A stretch of 64,000 nt of DNA, from contig MTLP01000032.1 in NCBI GenBank assembly GCA_002009975.1, forward strand, positions 32,001 to 96,000, read 5' to 3'. Both the position numbers and the translations under genes were made by a program. Numbering within the stretch: position 1 is the stretch's first letter; every line of letters begins with the position of its first letter. The notes under the pieces were generated by a model. It searched no databases, had not been told where the DNA came from, and saw only the letters and a list, made by a program, of their open reading frames with translations. This document shows, in pieces, positions 60,542 to 64,000 of this stretch. This DNA comes from Thermococcus sp. JdFR-02. GTDB taxonomy: Archaea; Methanobacteriota_B; Thermococci; Thermococcales; Thermococcaceae.

Positions 60542-61910
60542 GCAAAAGTTTGTGAACAGAGAAAATGAACTCAAAGTCATAAGAGATAACATCAAAAAAG
60601 GAGCTTTTATAATCATTTATGGAAGGAGAAGAGTTGGAAAGACCAGACTCATAGTTGAAGCTACTAAAGATCTCACAACTATCTACCATTTATGTATGGA
60701 AGAAGAGCTCAGCGAAGCCTTAAGAAGACTCAACTTGAAGCTTTTTGAACTCTTCAAGGACGAAAGCTTGATAAAGAAGCCAATAGCATCTTTTGAAGAT
60801 TTCTTTGATTACATAGCTGACAAAGACTTAATCCTAATCTTCGACGAGTTCCCCATCTTGGTGAAGAACTATTCTAGAATCTTAGGACTTTTGCAGGAGT
60901 TTTGGGACTTCAAGAGGAAGGCTAACAACAGTATAATCCTCTGTGGTTCAAGTATCTCAATGATGGAGGAAATTCAGAGCTATAAAAGCCCTATTTACGG
61001 AAGGAGAACATTATCTCTAAAGGTTCACCCTTTAAAGTTTAAGAACCTTAGAGAATTCTTCCCAAAATACTCAACTGAAGATTTAGTAAAAACCTATGCC
61101 GTTTTGGATGGAATTCCTGAATACCTATTGCGCTTTGATCCAAACGAGGGCTTCATGGAGAATCTCACAGAGAACTTTTTTAAAAAAGGCTTTTTATATG
61201 AGGAAGCAGAGCATTTGCTTAGATATGAACTTAGAGACTTAAGCACCTATAACACAATTCTTGAAGCCATATCCTTTGGATATAGAAGTTTCTCAGAGAT
61301 TAAGACCAAAACAGGCTTAGATAGTGCAAAGCTTTCAAGATACTTGAGCATATTGGAAAACCTTGGTCTAATCAAGAGAGAGACTCTAATAACACTCACT
61401 CAAAAAGAGAAGCTAAAGAAAAGAAACGCGTTATATCAAATTAATGACAATTACTTCAACTTTTACTATTCGTTTATATATCCTTTTAAGGAGGAAATAG
61501 AGATTGACCTACTCGATGAGCCATTGAGGAATTTTGAGAGGAACTTTAACAGATATCTCGGCTTCATCTTTGAGAAAGTGGCTAAAGAATTCTTAATTGA
61601 GCTTAACAAACAAGAAGCCTTACCATTTAGATTCACTAAAATTGGTAAGTGGTGGCACAAGGGTGAAGAAATTGACATTGTAGCTCTCAACGAGAGGGAG
61701 AAGAAAGCTCTCTTTGTTGAAGTCAAATGGAAAGAGCTAAACCTCAGGGAGGCAAAAGGCATTTTGAAAGACTTAAAAAGAAAAGCAGAACTTGTAAAAG
61801 AGCTCAAAGACTACACGAAGCACTTCACTATTGTTGCTAAACGCATCAAGGGAAAAGAAAAACTTGATACTTTGACTTTTGACCTAAAGGATTTGGAAAG
61901 TGTTCTCTGA
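60534..61910 (+). CDS. Archaeal ATPase with wHTH and DUF234 / PD-(D/E)xK C-terminus
   Basis: FVNRENEL, YGRRRVGKT, IFDEF, EIDIVAL...FVEVKW. Confidence 0.9.
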   Translation: MIMQKFVNRENELKVIRDNIKKGAFIIIYGRRRVGKTRLIVEATKDLTTIYHLCMEEELSEALRRLNLKLFELFKDESLIKKPIASFEDFFDYIADKDLILIFDEFPILVKNYSRILGLLQEFWDFKRKANNSIILCGSSISMMEEIQSYKSPIYGRRTLSLKVHPLKFKNLREFFPKYSTEDLVKTYAVLDGIPEYLLRFDPNEGFMENLTENFFKKGFLYEEAEHLLRYELRDLSTYNTILEAISFGYRSFSEIKTKTGLDSAKLSRYLSILENLGLIKRETLITLTQKEKLKKRNALYQINDNYFNFYYSFIYPFKEEIEIDLLDEPLRNFERNFNRYLGFIFEKVAKEFLIELNKQEALPFRFTKIGKWWHKGEEIDIVALNEREKKALFVEVKWKELNLREAKGILKDLKRKAELVKELKDYTKHFTIVAKRIKGKEKLDTLTFDLKDLESVL

Positions 61911-61920
61911 GGAGATATAA

Positions 61921-62709
61921 ATGTCAAGAGAGAACTCACCAAGCAGAAAGACAACGAGCATCATGATATTTTACTTGCTCGTCTATCTAATTGTCTACGG
62001 ATCGACGTTTGTTATAAACTCCTATTTGAAAACCTCTCACGTTCTTTTATATCTCACAACAACGATTGGAACTATATTAGCAGGGATGTTTTTAGTTGCT
62101 CTTCTCATATTAAAGCTAAATAACGAAAAATTAACTCCCTCAGTTTTTGGAATTAGAAGGTACAACTTAGGTAGCAGTTTTTTATTGGCTGCAGCCCTTT
62201 CAATGCCCATTTCTCTGCTCTGGCTCATAGGCATGAAAATTGTGGGTATTGATACATTATTAGTTGCTGCTAAACCCTCTTGGGTGACTTTTCCAATTTC
62301 GTTAGGAATCTTGATCTTTGCAGTTCTATTTTGGGTTTTAGTTGGCACCGTTGCTTTTGCTTTTTGGCAGGCTTTTCCCTATGAGCTCATGCATGGTATT
62401 TCTCCTAAATTTGCAATACTTTTGATAGCGATTTTATGGTCTGGACTATACAATACGCCCTTACTAACTGAAAAGCTTGATCCCGCTGACATTCTCTTCT
62501 TTGGCTTCCTGTTCACTTGGGTTTATCACAAAACAAGAAACAGCGTAGGGATTGTGATAGCGTATCTTTTGAATGAAAATCCCTTGTGGTGGGTAATAGC
62601 GGCAATATTTGGAACAAATATCAGAATAGCATTCGTGATTTTTCTTATTTTTAGAGCCTTGATATGTGCTATATCGCTGATATTAATATTTGAGAGACTT
62701 TACCGATAA
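61921..62709 (+). CDS. CPBP-like multi-pass membrane protein (catalytic motifs look degenerate)
   Basis: Multiple TMs, FGFLFTWVYHKTRNS typical of the CPBP C-terminus; no EExxxR. Confidence 0.55.
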   Translation: MSRENSPSRKTTSIMIFYLLVYLIVYGSTFVINSYLKTSHVLLYLTTTIGTILAGMFLVALLILKLNNEKLTPSVFGIRRYNLGSSFLLAAALSMPISLLWLIGMKIVGIDTLLVAAKPSWVTFPISLGILIFAVLFWVLVGTVAFAFWQAFPYELMHGISPKFAILLIAILWSGLYNTPLLTEKLDPADILFFGFLFTWVYHKTRNSVGIVIAYLLNENPLWWVIAAIFGTNIRIAFVIFLIFRALICAISLILIFERLYR

Positions 62710-62744
62710 GCATAAAGCTAAGCAACTTGTTAGTATCTTTTAAG

Positions 62745-63845
62745 ATGGCGAAGTGTGAACTATGTGGTTGTGAGTTTGAAGAAATTAGCAAGTCAATTGG
62801 AGTATGTGTTAACTGCCTTAGGAGAAACCCTCAAAAAGCTTTAGAAAAAGTTATAAAGTCTCATTTCAGATGGCGCGAGCTGATAAACCTACCTCCTCTT
62901 CCTCCTCAAGAAGGAGAACTTTCCTGCAAAATCTGCGTTAATGAGTGCAAAATTCCAAGAGATGGCTCCGGCTACTGTGGTATAATATGGAACAAAGGGG
63001 GAAGGCTAACAACGATAACTGGAAGCTTTAACAAAGCTTACCTGCATTGGTATCTTGATCCTCATCCAACCAACTGCGTTGCTGAGCCCGTTTGCCCAGA
63101 GAGAAAACATTATGGCTTTTACAATTTGGCTGTTTTCTTTGCAGGCTGTAACTTAGATTGCCTCTTTTGCCAGAACGTTCAGCACAAATACATGATAAAG
63201 GATGGGAAAGTAGACCTCCAAGAAGGCATTGTTTTAAGTTTTAATGACCTTTCAAATGTAGCGATGAGGAATAGAGTTTCCTGCATCTGCTATTTTGGAG
63301 GAGATCCAACGCCGCACAGCATCTATGCACTTAAAGTTTCGAGAGAAGTGCTAAAGCGTTCAAAAGAAGGCAATGTAACTAAAAGGATTTGCTGGGAAAC
63401 AAATGGCTTGGAGAATCCAAAGATAATGAAGGAAATGGCAAAGCTTAGCCTTGAAAGTGGGGGGATTGTTAAGATTGACTGGAAAGCTTACACACCAAGC
63501 ATTTACCAAGCTTTAACAGGCATAAACGGAGAAAAAGCTCTAAAGAGAGTTAAAGAGAATGCTAAACTTGTCTTAGAAATGGGTAAAGAAAGAGAACTTC
63601 CTCTTTTAGTCGTTAGCACTTTAGTTGTTCCGCACTACATTGATGAATTTGAAGTGTATAATATAGCTAAATACATAGCTGATCTAAATCCAGAGACGCC
63701 TTATGTGCTGCTGGCTTTTGCTCCCCAGCACTTAATGTATGATGTCCCAACAACAAGCAGAAGACAGATGGAAAGTGTTTACAAAGCCGCATTAGAGGCT
63801 GGATTAAAAGAAGTTTACATTGGAAATATCTGGCTACTCAGATAA
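62745..63845 (+). CDS. Radical SAM protein, PFL-activase / AmmeMemoRadiSAM-like
   Basis: GCNLDCLFCQN, FGGDP, WETNG, N-terminal Cys motifs. Confidence 0.88.
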   Translation: MAKCELCGCEFEEISKSIGVCVNCLRRNPQKALEKVIKSHFRWRELINLPPLPPQEGELSCKICVNECKIPRDGSGYCGIIWNKGGRLTTITGSFNKAYLHWYLDPHPTNCVAEPVCPERKHYGFYNLAVFFAGCNLDCLFCQNVQHKYMIKDGKVDLQEGIVLSFNDLSNVAMRNRVSCICYFGGDPTPHSIYALKVSREVLKRSKEGNVTKRICWETNGLENPKIMKEMAKLSLESGGIVKIDWKAYTPSIYQALTGINGEKALKRVKENAKLVLEMGKERELPLLVVSTLVVPHYIDEFEVYNIAKYIADLNPETPYVLLAFAPQHLMYDVPTTSRRQMESVYKAALEAGLKEVYIGNIWLLR

Positions 63846-64000
63846 TTCCTCTCCTTTTGGAACTTCGTTCCCCTGAGCTAAAATTATCAGCTCTCTTCCC
63901 TCAACGAGCATTTGAGCAACTTTCTTCCTTGCTGAGCTTAAAGCTCTCCAAATTGTTCCTCTCGAAACACCCATTCTTTTTCCAGCCTCTTCTTGCGTTA
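63834..64000 (-). CDS. DUF134 (sigma-70 region 4-like HTH) protein, C-terminal part
   Basis: Translated by hand: TQEEAGKRMGVSRGTIWRALSSARKKVAQMLVEGREL...*; 5' end outside window. Confidence 0.85.
   Translation of the reverse strand, partial: TQEEAGKRMGVSRGTIWRALSSARKKVAQMLVEGRELIILAQGNEVPKGEELSE

Overview
Low-GC Thermococcales (Thermococcus/Palaeococcus-like) chromosome segment. From left to right: a partial NADH oxidase gene and pyrH; a proline/hydroxyproline cluster (two dye-linked proline dehydrogenase complexes, an ornithine cyclodeaminase-family reductase, a proline racemase, and an NSS transporter with an unannotated small subunit); housekeeping and accessory genes (DRG GTPase, Lrp, PfpI, PspC, CitG, DUF1884/OsmC, AlaX, an ArcE-like protein, AlkD, CoA transferase, YprB); and core genes further right (psmB, alba, purB, a second NSS transporter with small subunit, a MinD/Fe-S ATPase pair). 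The main feature is a ~19 kb defence island (about 30.9-49.6 kb) bracketed by an AbiE pair and a HEPN-MNT pair. It carries a BREX-related module (DUF1156 adenine methyltransferase, divergent DUF499 ATPase, PglZ-like phosphatase, DUF3780-like protein) with no SNF2 helicase. Joined stop-to-stop to it is a PbeABCD-like operon (PLD-helicase, small protein, SMC/Rad50 ATPase, small protein), and no dnd phosphorothioation genes are in the window. This looks like a hybrid methylation-gated antiviral system. EVE, DUF3800-like and PD-(D/E)xK genes lie alongside it. Several clear palindromic operator arrays are visible. I found no rRNA, tRNA, CRISPR array, integrase or transposase. All family calls come from reading motifs by eye, not from database searches.
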